From contig JAQTNI010000018.1 in the NCBI GenBank assembly GCA_028713935.1, forward strand, positions 1-23,790: a stretch of 23,790 nt of DNA, in the 5' to 3' direction. Below are positions 15,147-22,847 of the stretch, piece after piece. The position numbers and the translations under genes are program-made. Under the pieces are notes generated by a model. The model searched no databases and had not been told where the DNA came from. It worked only from the letters and a program-made list of their open reading frames with translations. How positions within the stretch are numbered: position 1 is the first letter of the stretch; every line of letters begins with the position of its first letter. Origin of the DNA: Candidatus Iainarchaeum sp. (lineage in GTDB: Archaea > Iainarchaeota > Iainarchaeia > Iainarchaeales > GCA-2688035).

Positions 15147-17042
15147 TTTCAGCCTTACTGCATCAAGGTTTCTCAGTGCGCTTGCATTGATTCTGAATTT
15201 GTTTACTATATATTTTGCGAATTCGCTTGCAGTGTTTTTTTCGCCGTGGTTAACAAGTATTCTTTTTGGCTTTGGTTTCAGGCTTCTTAAATAGCCCACT
15301 AACTGGTTCCTGTCTGAATGCCCTGAAAAGGCTTCTATTGTTTCAATGCGCATGTTTATGTTTAATGCCCTTGTTTTTCCAGTGCTTTCTGTTATTGGCA
15401 GGGATTTTATTCCGCTTTGTATTTTTCTTCCAAGGCTGCCTTCTCCCTGGTATCCCACAAAAATCATTGTGTTGTTTGAATTTTCAGCCATTCTGTAAAA
15501 ATAATCAAGGCTCGCACCGCCAGTGAGCATTCCGCTTGAAGCAATTATTATTGCGCCTTTTTCCTCAAGTATTTCCGCCCTGTTTTTTCCTTCCACTGGG
15601 ACAAAAATTTCAGATGTGAACGGGCTGTCATTTTGCAATATTCTCCTTTGCACTCCTTCGCGCAGGTATTCAGGATAGGCAGTGTGGATTGCGCTTGCTT
15701 CCCTTGTCATTCCGTCAACATAGCATTTTGCATCCAGCAACCCTTTCCTGTAAAAATTTTCAATTACAAGCATTATTTCCTGTGCCCTTCCAACTGCAAA
15801 AACAGGGATTAAGACATTTCCGTCTTTTTGCATTGTTTCTTTTATTACTTTCAAAAGAATGTCTTCCGATTCCTGCCTGTCAGGCTGGATATCGTCTCTC
15901 CCTCCATACGTGCTTTCAATTATCAGTGTTTCAAGCCTTGGATATTTTATGTCAACATTGTTGAAGAGCCTTGTGAAACCGTTTTTTATGTCGCCGCTGT
16001 AAACAAGGTTATGGCCCCCTTCTCCCATGTGCAGATGCACTGAGGCGCTTCCAAGGATGTGTGCCGCATTGTGCAGTGTAAGCCTCATGTCAGGCGCTAT
16101 GTCTGTTACTTCCCTGTATTCCCTTGTTATGCAGTATTTCACCATTTCCTTGACATCTTTTTCAGAATAAGGCGCTTCTTTCCTTTCTTTTGCAAGCACA
16201 TCAAGATAGTCAAATTGCAGCAATGCCATCAAATCCCTTGTTGGGGGGGTGCAATAAACAGGCCCCCTGTATCCAAGCTTGAATAAGTATGGCACAAATC
16301 CAGAATGGTCCATATGGGCATGGCTTATTATCAAAGCGTCCAATTGTTCCATTGGAAAGTGTAAAATGTTAAGGTAAGGATATGCTTCTTCCGGAGAATC
16401 GTTTGCAATGTTTATGCCACAGTCAAGCATCACTTTTGTGTGCGGAGTTTCAAGAAGCATGCAGCTTCTTCCCACTTGCCTGAATCCGCCCAATGCAATT
16501 AACCTTACCCAATCGTTTGGGCTTGAATTTATTTTTGAATAAATTTTTTCCGCTGTTTCTTTCAGGATTTTTTTTCTTTCATCGCTGTATTTGTGCATGT
16601 GATGCCTTATTCCCCTTAATATTTCAGATTCCTGTGTCGGGGCGCGGATAATGTTTGGAACCCAGCCTGTTTCAGTTATTATTTTTTTGCTTGTCTCCCC
16701 GCCTTTTCCTATCACAAGACCCGGCTTTATTGATTCTATCACAACTTCTGAAAAAGCAGAGTCAAAAGAAATGTCCTTTATTTGAGCGTCTTCAGGAACT
16801 ATCTGCATTATTTTGTTTTTTGCCTCTTCCGGAGCCATTAACTGGCTTTTATCATTCCTGATGTTTACTCTTTTTTTTAATTCAAAAGCTATTTTTGGAA
16901 CAAGGTTTTCGTCCTGCAAAAAAGCGGAATAATTTTTTGTATAAATGGCTATTTCCGGGCCTTCCATTTCTATTTTTGTTATCTGGCATTTTTCAGGAAG
17001 CGTGTTGTGCACTATTTCCTTGATTTGTTCCATTATTTCCAT
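15144..17042 (-). CDS. fttA: aCPSF1/FttA: KH-domain, metallo-beta-lactamase, beta-CASP ribonuclease (archaeal transcription termination factor)
   Basis: Two N-terminal KH-like units (VIGKGGETSKKI). GGFRQVGRSCMLLET. HxHxDH motif ISHAHMDHSG. Beta-CASP region, about 630 aa. The track start is TTG 17051, which I trimmed to ATG 17042 (MEIMEQIKEI). Confidence 0.93.
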   Translation of the reverse strand: MEIMEQIKEIVHNTLPEKCQITKIEMEGPEIAIYTKNYSAFLQDENLVPKIAFELKKRVNIRNDKSQLMAPEEAKNKIMQIVPEDAQIKDISFDSAFSEVVIESIKPGLVIGKGGETSKKIITETGWVPNIIRAPTQESEILRGIRHHMHKYSDERKKILKETAEKIYSKINSSPNDWVRLIALGGFRQVGRSCMLLETPHTKVMLDCGINIANDSPEEAYPYLNILHFPMEQLDALIISHAHMDHSGFVPYLFKLGYRGPVYCTPPTRDLMALLQFDYLDVLAKERKEAPYSEKDVKEMVKYCITREYREVTDIAPDMRLTLHNAAHILGSASVHLHMGEGGHNLVYSGDIKNGFTRLFNNVDIKYPRLETLIIESTYGGRDDIQPDRQESEDILLKVIKETMQKDGNVLIPVFAVGRAQEIMLVIENFYRKGLLDAKCYVDGMTREASAIHTAYPEYLREGVQRRILQNDSPFTSEIFVPVEGKNRAEILEEKGAIIIASSGMLTGGASLDYFYRMAENSNNTMIFVGYQGEGSLGRKIQSGIKSLPITESTGKTRALNINMRIETIEAFSGHSDRNQLVGYLRSLKPKPKRILVNHGEKNTASEFAKYIVNKFRINASALRNLDAVRLK

Positions 17043-17229
17043 TTGAACCAATTTCCTTTGAGCCTGCCGAGTTGCTTGGTGGGCTCAAATCAACTCTCTT
17101 TTGTGCGCACAACATCAAGCTTGAATTAATGTTTCTTTGCCTGAAATTGTGCTTTAACTGCGCATTAAAATTTGTAAAAAATTTGCAATAAAATAAACCA
17201 AAGGCAATTAAAAAATTAAAGCCGAAAAC

Positions 17230-17859
17230 TTATTTTTCAAGTATTTTTTTTATTTCTTTTTCAGTTACTTCCCTTACGCCTTTTCTTGAGGCAACCATTG
17301 CGGTTATGCTTTTTCCGCCGCTGTAAATGTCCCTTTTTTTTGCAGCTACAACTGCCTTTACTGCAAGTTCTATTGCTTCCTGTTCCTCTATTCCTTCCTT
17401 GTAATACTGGTCAAGCACTGCCATTGCAAATTCTGTTCCTGAGCCGCTGACTGCAAAATTGTCCCTTTTCAGTATTCCACCATCAGGAGTCAGTTCATAC
17501 AATTCTGCCTGCTTGTTTATTCCGCCTATGAGAAACTGCACTCCATAAGGATAGAACCTGTTTGCATTGAGAATGTTTGAAAGAAAGGTCACCAGCGCAT
17601 TTGGGGTCATTTTTGTTTCCCTTTCAATTTCGTATAATTTTGCCTGGCTTTTTGCAAACCTTACCAAGGTAAGCAAATCCCCGACCATGCCAGCCGTTGT
17701 AAGAATAATATTGTCAGTAATCTTGTATACTTTCTGGCTTTCCTCGTCATATGCAATGTGCCCGAGGCTTGCCCTCATGTCTGCTGCAAGAACCACTGCG
17801 TCTTTTGCAATCAAGCCTACAGTTGTTGTGCCTGTTTTTAATCTGTTTTGAGTTTCCAT
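17230..17859 (-). CDS. psmB: Proteasome subunit beta
   Basis: Propeptide METQNRLKTG followed by the catalytic TTTVGL. AADMRAS and GSG motifs. 209 aa. ATG preceded by a GGTGA Shine-Dalgarno site. Confidence 0.95.
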   Translation of the reverse strand: METQNRLKTGTTTVGLIAKDAVVLAADMRASLGHIAYDEESQKVYKITDNIILTTAGMVGDLLTLVRFAKSQAKLYEIERETKMTPNALVTFLSNILNANRFYPYGVQFLIGGINKQAELYELTPDGGILKRDNFAVSGSGTEFAMAVLDQYYKEGIEEQEAIELAVKAVVAAKKRDIYSGGKSITAMVASRKGVREVTEKEIKKILEK

Positions 17860-17982
17860 TATTTCACCGATTGAAAACCAAAATTAGTTTCTGAGCCTAT
17901 TCATATTGCCAAGGCAAATGTTTAAAAAGTTAAGTCTGGCTCAAAACCAACAACTATTTTTTGGCTTTTCTTTTCCATTCAA

Positions 17983-18261
17983 TTATTTTTTGTATATCTT
18001 GTCGTGATGGTCGTAGTCTTCTATTGTTACTTTTTTTTCTTTTTCGTTGATTGAATAGGTAAGCACAAAAGGCCCGTAAGTATGGACTCTTCTTTTTCCC
18101 TGCATTGGCTTTTTTAGCGGCTTGAATCTGTATGGGTCTTCAAGAATTTCCTTTATTTTTCTTTTTACTGCTTCTTCCTGTGCAGGGTCTTTCTTCGCTA
18201 TTTTTTCAAATACCCTGTCTACGTGTTTTCTGGTTTCCAGAAAAAAGGCCAAGAAAATCAT
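17983..18261 (-). CDS. relE: RelE/ParE-family toxin (type II toxin-antitoxin system)
   Basis: 92 aa. ...KRKIKEILEDPYRFKPLKKPMQGKRRVHTYGPFVLTYSINEKEKKVTIEDYDHHDKIY fits the RelE/ParE fold pattern. Its ATG overlaps the upstream gene's stop as ATGA (18258-18261). Confidence 0.78.
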   Translation of the reverse strand: MIFLAFFLETRKHVDRVFEKIAKKDPAQEEAVKRKIKEILEDPYRFKPLKKPMQGKRRVHTYGPFVLTYSINEKEKKVTIEDYDHHDKIYKK

Positions 18262-18500
18262 CTCTTGCGCAGCTGTTCAAAGTAACTGTCAATGTCCCTG
18301 ATTTTAATGGTTTTTTCTTTCTCAATCTTCCTGAGCTTTTCAATGTATTCGGGCCTAAGTTCCGGCTCAAGCAGTTCTTCTTCATAGTCTGAGGCCATTT
18401 TGTTTATGGCTTCGCTCTTGTCGTTCAAGCCGTATTTGGCTTTAATTATGTTAATTACCCTGTTGGCATTTTCATCAAGCTTTACAATCGCAGTAGGCAT
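18258..18500 (-). CDS. Antitoxin-like protein (archaeal DUF2683-like)
   Basis: 80 aa. MPTAIVKLDENANRVINIIKAKYGLNDKSEAINKMASDYEEELLEPELRPEY matches, from memory, the conserved N-terminus of archaeal DUF2683 proteins that precede RelE-like genes. 4-nt overlap with the toxin gene. Confidence 0.75.
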   Translation of the reverse strand: MPTAIVKLDENANRVINIIKAKYGLNDKSEAINKMASDYEEELLEPELRPEYIEKLRKIEKEKTIKIRDIDSYFEQLRKR

Positions 18501-18506
18501 ATTATC

Positions 18507-18522
18507 ACCATATTAATATGGT
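18507..18522. promoter_or_regulatory. Perfect 16-bp palindrome, candidate operator of the toxin-antitoxin operon
   Basis: accatattaatatggt lies 7 nt upstream of the antitoxin ATG (18500) on the minus strand, overlapping the A/T-rich promoter region. Confidence 0.4.
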
Positions 18523-18567
18523 ATTAATAAGGAATTAAAAAGCCGTGCTTTAAGCCGGTTGTTTCAA

Positions 18568-19374
18568 TTATTTCTTTGCCTTTCTTTTTGCGGTTTTTTC
18601 TTCCGCTTTTTCCTTTTGTTGCTTTTTTTCCGCGGGCTTTTGCGCTTCTGTTTCCTTGTCCTTGTTTTCCCCTGCTTTTGTGAATTCTTCAGTGAATTTC
18701 ACGCTTTCAATTCCCTTTACATTTTTTGTTATTGTGTCTGAAAAAATTTTTTTAATCTGCCCTATTGCGGCCGAATATTTTTGGTCTGTTGCTATTTCAA
18801 TCTTGTTTTCCTTTATAGAGAGCCTTTTTTCGTTGTCAGGTATGGCCCCGAAAAATTTTTCAAAAAAAGCATCTATCTGTTCTTTCTGGTTTTTCAATTC
18901 TTTTTCAATTTTTATGTCGTATTCTATTTCTTTTCCCGCAAGGGGATGGTTAAAATCAACTCTTACTCTTCCGCCTGAAACAGACTGTATCCTGCAAACC
19001 CTGTCATTAAGGTCAAGCATCATTCCTGGCACTGGATTTACTTTTCTGTTCTGGAACTCTTTCAATGGCACAACGCCTATTAATTTCGGGTTTCTTTCAC
19101 CGAAAGCCTGTTCCGGCTTTAGCAAAATTTTTTTTTCTTCGCCTTCCTTCATTTCAAGCAATGCCTGGTCTATGCCTTTCAGCATTTCCCCGTCTCCAAC
19201 AACAATCGGCAATGCCGAATATTTTTTTTTCTCTTCAAACAAGCCTGCTTCAATTGCCTTTTTTTCCTCTGTTGTTTCAAAAACAGTGTTGCTTGCAGTT
19301 ATTTTTCCAGTGTAATTCACTAATACGATTTTTCCATTTTCCACAAAAAACCCCTTTTCAAAGTTCACAATCAA
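18568..19374 (-). CDS. Long-type archaeal FKBP peptidyl-prolyl cis-trans isomerase (SlyD-like, with IF insert) and a K/E-rich tail
   Basis: VLVNYTGKI...VFETT...PIVVGDGEMLKGIDQALLEMKEGEEKKILLKPEQAFGERNPKLI...NHPLAGKEIEYDIKI. There is no ATG before the conserved YTGK motif. The track start is TTG 19374. A GTG at 19344, preceded by aagggg, would give MENGKIVLVNYTGK and is at least as likely. Confidence 0.85.
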   Translation of the reverse strand: MIVNFEKGFFVENGKIVLVNYTGKITASNTVFETTEEKKAIEAGLFEEKKKYSALPIVVGDGEMLKGIDQALLEMKEGEEKKILLKPEQAFGERNPKLIGVVPLKEFQNRKVNPVPGMMLDLNDRVCRIQSVSGGRVRVDFNHPLAGKEIEYDIKIEKELKNQKEQIDAFFEKFFGAIPDNEKRLSIKENKIEIATDQKYSAAIGQIKKIFSDTITKNVKGIESVKFTEEFTKAGENKDKETEAQKPAEKKQQKEKAEEKTAKRKAKK

Positions 19375-19507
19375 TTGGATTTGGCAAACAAGCCAAGAGC
19401 AATAGCATGATAATTAGTTTTTAACCTTTGCTTTGCTAAATAATTAAAATTAAGAATGTTTTTAAAGGTTTTTTATTGCAGTTAAAGAACCGCTTTGGTG
19501 TTTTTTT

Positions 19508-20848
19508 ATGAACAGGAACCAGATTATTGCGCTTGCAATTGGAATTCTAATGATTTCCTCGACAATTGGCTTTGCTTTTCTCAGCGTTACAAACCAGCAG
19601 CCAGGCAATCCTGACACTTCAGGCAATACTGACAACACTCCTGTTCCGCCTGCCAGTGAAATAAAATTCAAGGCAGATTCGCAGAAAGCAAAAGTTGTTG
19701 ACATTTTGCCTTTAATAAAAATTTTTGGCGCCACTTCGGAATATGACATCCAAAAAATTGACGCCTCAATTTATGGAATAACCGGAGTAAAAAAAATTTC
19801 CTCTGTTTTTGACACCACTTCTGCTTCTTCCCTTACTTATGTTGCGGAAATTTCACTTGAACCAGGCCTCTCTCCGCAAATGCTTGTAAAAGAAATAACT
19901 GGCAGAAAAATCCTTTCTTCCCCTGATGGAGTTTCGTATGCCGTTGTTGAACTTCCAAAAAAAATTGTTTTCCAGAGCGAAAACTCTGATTTGAACCTTT
20001 CAAAAGAATACGAGTTTGCAGATTCCCAGGGCCAGGCATTGATTGGCTTTGGAAGCATCAAGGGCGATGAGATCTTGGTAAGCGTTTCAGCCACTTTTGC
20101 AGGTTCAAAGCTTGTTAATTTGATTTCTGTTGAAGAAGAAAATCTCACTGCAAAACAATTGTCTGGCACTGCAAGCCTTGAATTGCCAATCAAGTCCCTT
20201 GAACCAAACCTTGTTTTTTCAGCAAAAGCATTTTTTTCAAACAATCCTGCTTCGGAAGAATTGAAATCAAAAATAAGCCAGATACAGGATTTTAATTCAG
20301 TTGAAATTGAAGCCGCAAGCATTGCGCCAAAAATAACCCTTTCAGGCGAAACTGCCTTGCCGGAAGAGCAAGTGCATGACCTCAATGTTTTTGTCCAATC
20401 GCTTAATCCGCAGAGCGCCTCTTTTTTCAATCAAGGCGGATTTTCCGCTTCAATTCCTTTTGATTCTGACGCAAACCTTGCAGATGCAAAAGCAAGGCTT
20501 GAAGCCCAATTAAAAACAATGGGCCTGGAAAACGTGCTTGCAGAGGAAAATTCAGGCACTCTTTATGGAAATGTTTCCCTGCAGCAAACAGGCACAGGAA
20601 CTCCTGCGCTTCAATTAAGGCAGGTTCTTGATTCCTATTCCCTCCTGGAAATCCAAATCCTTCAGCCGGCAGGGCTTGAATTAAGCGGCATTTTTGATGC
20701 CAATGCAAACGCAACTTATGCAATTGACTCTAATTCAATTCCTGCACAAATAAAGCCAGGCCATTCAATTGGCGAAAAATTAAAGGCAAGCATTCTTTAT
20801 TACACAAGCAGGGGCAAAATCATTTACATTGCGGCAGAAGAAGAATAA
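19508..20848 (+). CDS. Hypothetical N-terminally membrane-anchored extracytoplasmic protein (446 aa)
   Basis: ATG start. MNRNQIIALAIGILMISSTIGFAFLSV signal-anchor, then a Pro/Thr/Asn linker and a Ser/Leu/Glu-rich body. I recognise no motif. Confidence 0.7.
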   Translation: MNRNQIIALAIGILMISSTIGFAFLSVTNQQPGNPDTSGNTDNTPVPPASEIKFKADSQKAKVVDILPLIKIFGATSEYDIQKIDASIYGITGVKKISSVFDTTSASSLTYVAEISLEPGLSPQMLVKEITGRKILSSPDGVSYAVVELPKKIVFQSENSDLNLSKEYEFADSQGQALIGFGSIKGDEILVSVSATFAGSKLVNLISVEEENLTAKQLSGTASLELPIKSLEPNLVFSAKAFFSNNPASEELKSKISQIQDFNSVEIEAASIAPKITLSGETALPEEQVHDLNVFVQSLNPQSASFFNQGGFSASIPFDSDANLADAKARLEAQLKTMGLENVLAEENSGTLYGNVSLQQTGTGTPALQLRQVLDSYSLLEIQILQPAGLELSGIFDANANATYAIDSNSIPAQIKPGHSIGEKLKASILYYTSRGKIIYIAAEEE

Positions 20849-20945
20849 AGCCTTTTCTTAGAAAGAAAAGCCTTGGGAAAAGAACAATTTTTTTCTTACG
20901 AAAAAAATTGGGAAAAAACAATTTGCTAATGCCAAGTGTTTTTTT

Positions 20946-21278
20946 ATGAAATTCAAACTGAAAAATGCCGAGAAGTTTGGCTGGAAAGGCATTAAGGGCA
21001 AGGCTTATAATTCAAAAGAAATCTTTGCAAATGCGAGCGCTGCTTATATTGAAGTGGCTGGAGCGCATGGAAAAATAAAAATAACTGGAATGGATGGAAT
21101 TTACCTGGTTTTGGAAGGTAGGGGAGAATTTGTTATTGGCAATGAAACAATTCAAGCCGAAAAAATGGATGTTGTGATTGTTCCAAAAAACACGCCTTAC
21201 AATTATAAGGGAAAAATGAAACTGTTCCTTGTTCACTGCCCTGCTTTTGACCCAAATTCTGAAATAAAATTAGAGTAA
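20946..21278 (+). CDS. Cupin-domain protein
   Basis: 110 aa. G(x)5...YLVLEGRGEFVIGNETIQAEKMDVVIVPKNTPYNY has the typical two-motif cupin beta-barrel layout. Confidence 0.75.
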   Translation: MKFKLKNAEKFGWKGIKGKAYNSKEIFANASAAYIEVAGAHGKIKITGMDGIYLVLEGRGEFVIGNETIQAEKMDVVIVPKNTPYNYKGKMKLFLVHCPAFDPNSEIKLE

Positions 21279-21300
21279 TCCAAGCGGTTAAAATTAATTT

Positions 21301-21630
21301 TTATTTTTTCAGTTCTGTTATTGCTTCCGCAATATCCCCATTATGCTTTTTCAGGGCTTCTTCTGCCTGTTTTTTTGTTGCTTTTGCCTGTTCCATGACA
21401 AGTTTTACATCGTCTTCGCTTGCAGAATTTGCCTCTTCTTCGGGTTCGCCCATTATTGTGAAGACTTTCTGGCCCTGCACATGCATTACAGTGATTTTTG
21501 GGTTTTTAATGACAATTTTTTTGCCCTTGCTTTCAATTGTCACTTTTTCAGCTTCAAGCTCTTCTGTTTTAATGCCGAATTGCTTTAGCATTCCCGCCAT
21601 TTGCTTTGGATTTCCCATTCCCGGAAACAT
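21301..21630 (-). CDS. nac: Nascent polypeptide-associated complex protein (archaeal NAC, NAC domain plus UBA)
   Basis: MFPGMGNPKQMAGMLKQFGIKTEELEAEKVTIE...ITVMHVQGQKVFTIMG is the NAC domain. The C-terminal DDVKLVMEQAKATKKQAEEALKKHNGDIAEAI is the UBA domain. GGTGA Shine-Dalgarno site before the ATG. Confidence 0.92.
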   Translation of the reverse strand: MFPGMGNPKQMAGMLKQFGIKTEELEAEKVTIESKGKKIVIKNPKITVMHVQGQKVFTIMGEPEEEANSASEDDVKLVMEQAKATKKQAEEALKKHNGDIAEAITELKK

Positions 21631-21685
21631 ATTTTCACCACTCTAAAAATTAGTTTAATTATAATTTTTGCTTAAATTGGTTTTT

Positions 21686-22708
21686 TTAATTGCTCGGATT
21701 AGGGCTTTTCCTTTGCACAACAAAAACAATTGTGAAAACACAGGCCGCAACAATTATTGCGCCAAGCCAGTTTGTTTCTGGCACGCTTGCAGTGCTTGGC
21801 GGGTTTGCAAGTGCAAAATTGACTATCTGGCTTGCCACTGCTGTACCGTCACTGTCAAACACTTCAATCAAAAGAGTATAAATGCCCGGGTTTAAGCTGT
21901 CAAGGTCTGCTGCATCATATGTTGCGCGCGTAGGCGGGTCTGTTCTTCCTACTGCATCATCAATCATAATATCCGCTGTCTTTGTTGGCATAGGAGCGGG
22001 AGGATTTACAAATTGCACGCTTATTGTGCCTTCTTTGTTTATTGCAAGATACGCTGTTTTGCCTTCAATATCGCTAAGCTCAGCAGTTTTTGATTTTGCC
22101 AAAGCCTCTGTGCCCGCAGCTGCTTTTGCAATTGTTACATCAACATTCATTGGCTGACCTTTATAAGCTGGGTTTGGAACAACAATTTTTTCAATTATCA
22201 GGCTGCCTGTTGCCTGGCTTGCACAAATTGTTTGTGGATAAAGCGGGTCAAGCGGAACAGAACATTGTGCAAGATGCGCATTTGTAACATCGCTTAATGC
22301 AACAATGCAGGTTTCCCCTGTATTGCAGCCCCAGTTTCTTAATGTAATGCCTGTTAACTGTTGCGCTGAACCATCTGAATCAATGCAAACGTCAGTATAT
22401 CCCGCAGTTGCTTCCGCAGGACCTTCTGCATGCGCATTTGTGTTTCCGCTTAATCTCAGCATTATTTTTGCAGAACCAGCGCCGCATGCTGCGCTTTTTA
22501 TTCCACTGCAGCAAATTTTTCCATAACCTGCAGGGATAGCGCTTGGAACTGCTGCATGTGAATTTGTAAAAGTAGTGCCGTCTGAAATTCCCAATACTGC
22601 TGTTTCTGCCCCCGAACAATCCGCTTTTGCTGTGCAGGTTATTGCTGCTTGCGCAGTCAGTGGCAAAGCAAGCAGAATCAAAATTAAAATAAAGATTTTT
22701 TTTTCCAT
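21686..22708 (-). CDS. Secreted Cys-rich surface protein with three TN[AS]H modules, an Ig-like region and a C-terminal TM anchor
   Basis: Trimmed from TTG 22714 to ATG 22708, giving MEKKIFILILILLALPLTAQA/AIT (Sec signal). Three related Cys-framed modules. C-terminus VPETNWLGAIIVAACVFTIVFVVQRKSPNPSN. Confidence 0.8.
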   Translation of the reverse strand: MEKKIFILILILLALPLTAQAAITCTAKADCSGAETAVLGISDGTTFTNSHAAVPSAIPAGYGKICCSGIKSAACGAGSAKIMLRLSGNTNAHAEGPAEATAGYTDVCIDSDGSAQQLTGITLRNWGCNTGETCIVALSDVTNAHLAQCSVPLDPLYPQTICASQATGSLIIEKIVVPNPAYKGQPMNVDVTIAKAAAGTEALAKSKTAELSDIEGKTAYLAINKEGTISVQFVNPPAPMPTKTADIMIDDAVGRTDPPTRATYDAADLDSLNPGIYTLLIEVFDSDGTAVASQIVNFALANPPSTASVPETNWLGAIIVAACVFTIVFVVQRKSPNPSN

Positions 22709-22775
22709 AGCCAAGCCTTTTTGTGTTTATTATATATCGGTTTCCTTGTTTTTAAATATTGCTTTGGTTTTTTTG

Positions 22776-22804
22776 TGTGTTGTCCTGAATTAACTTCCTC
22801 TCTA
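22776..22804. repeat. Left terminal inverted repeat of the IS
   Basis: See the mobile_element entry; 24 of 29 matches to the reverse complement of 23762-23790. Confidence 0.7.
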
Positions 22805-22847
22805 TATTTTTGTTTGTGATATTCCCTTATTAGCTTTTCTTCCCAGC

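Noticed and set aside
18656-19315. 219-aa plus-strand ORF antisense to the FKBP gene
   Set aside because: The minus-strand frame carries unmistakable FKBP motifs. The plus-strand product is an F/S-rich low-complexity mirror of a K/E-rich gene.
19837-20430. 197-aa minus-strand ORF inside the 446-aa membrane-protein gene
   Set aside because: The plus-strand ORF is longer, starts with ATG and a signal-anchor, and fills the intergenic space cleanly. The antisense ORF has no start context or motifs.
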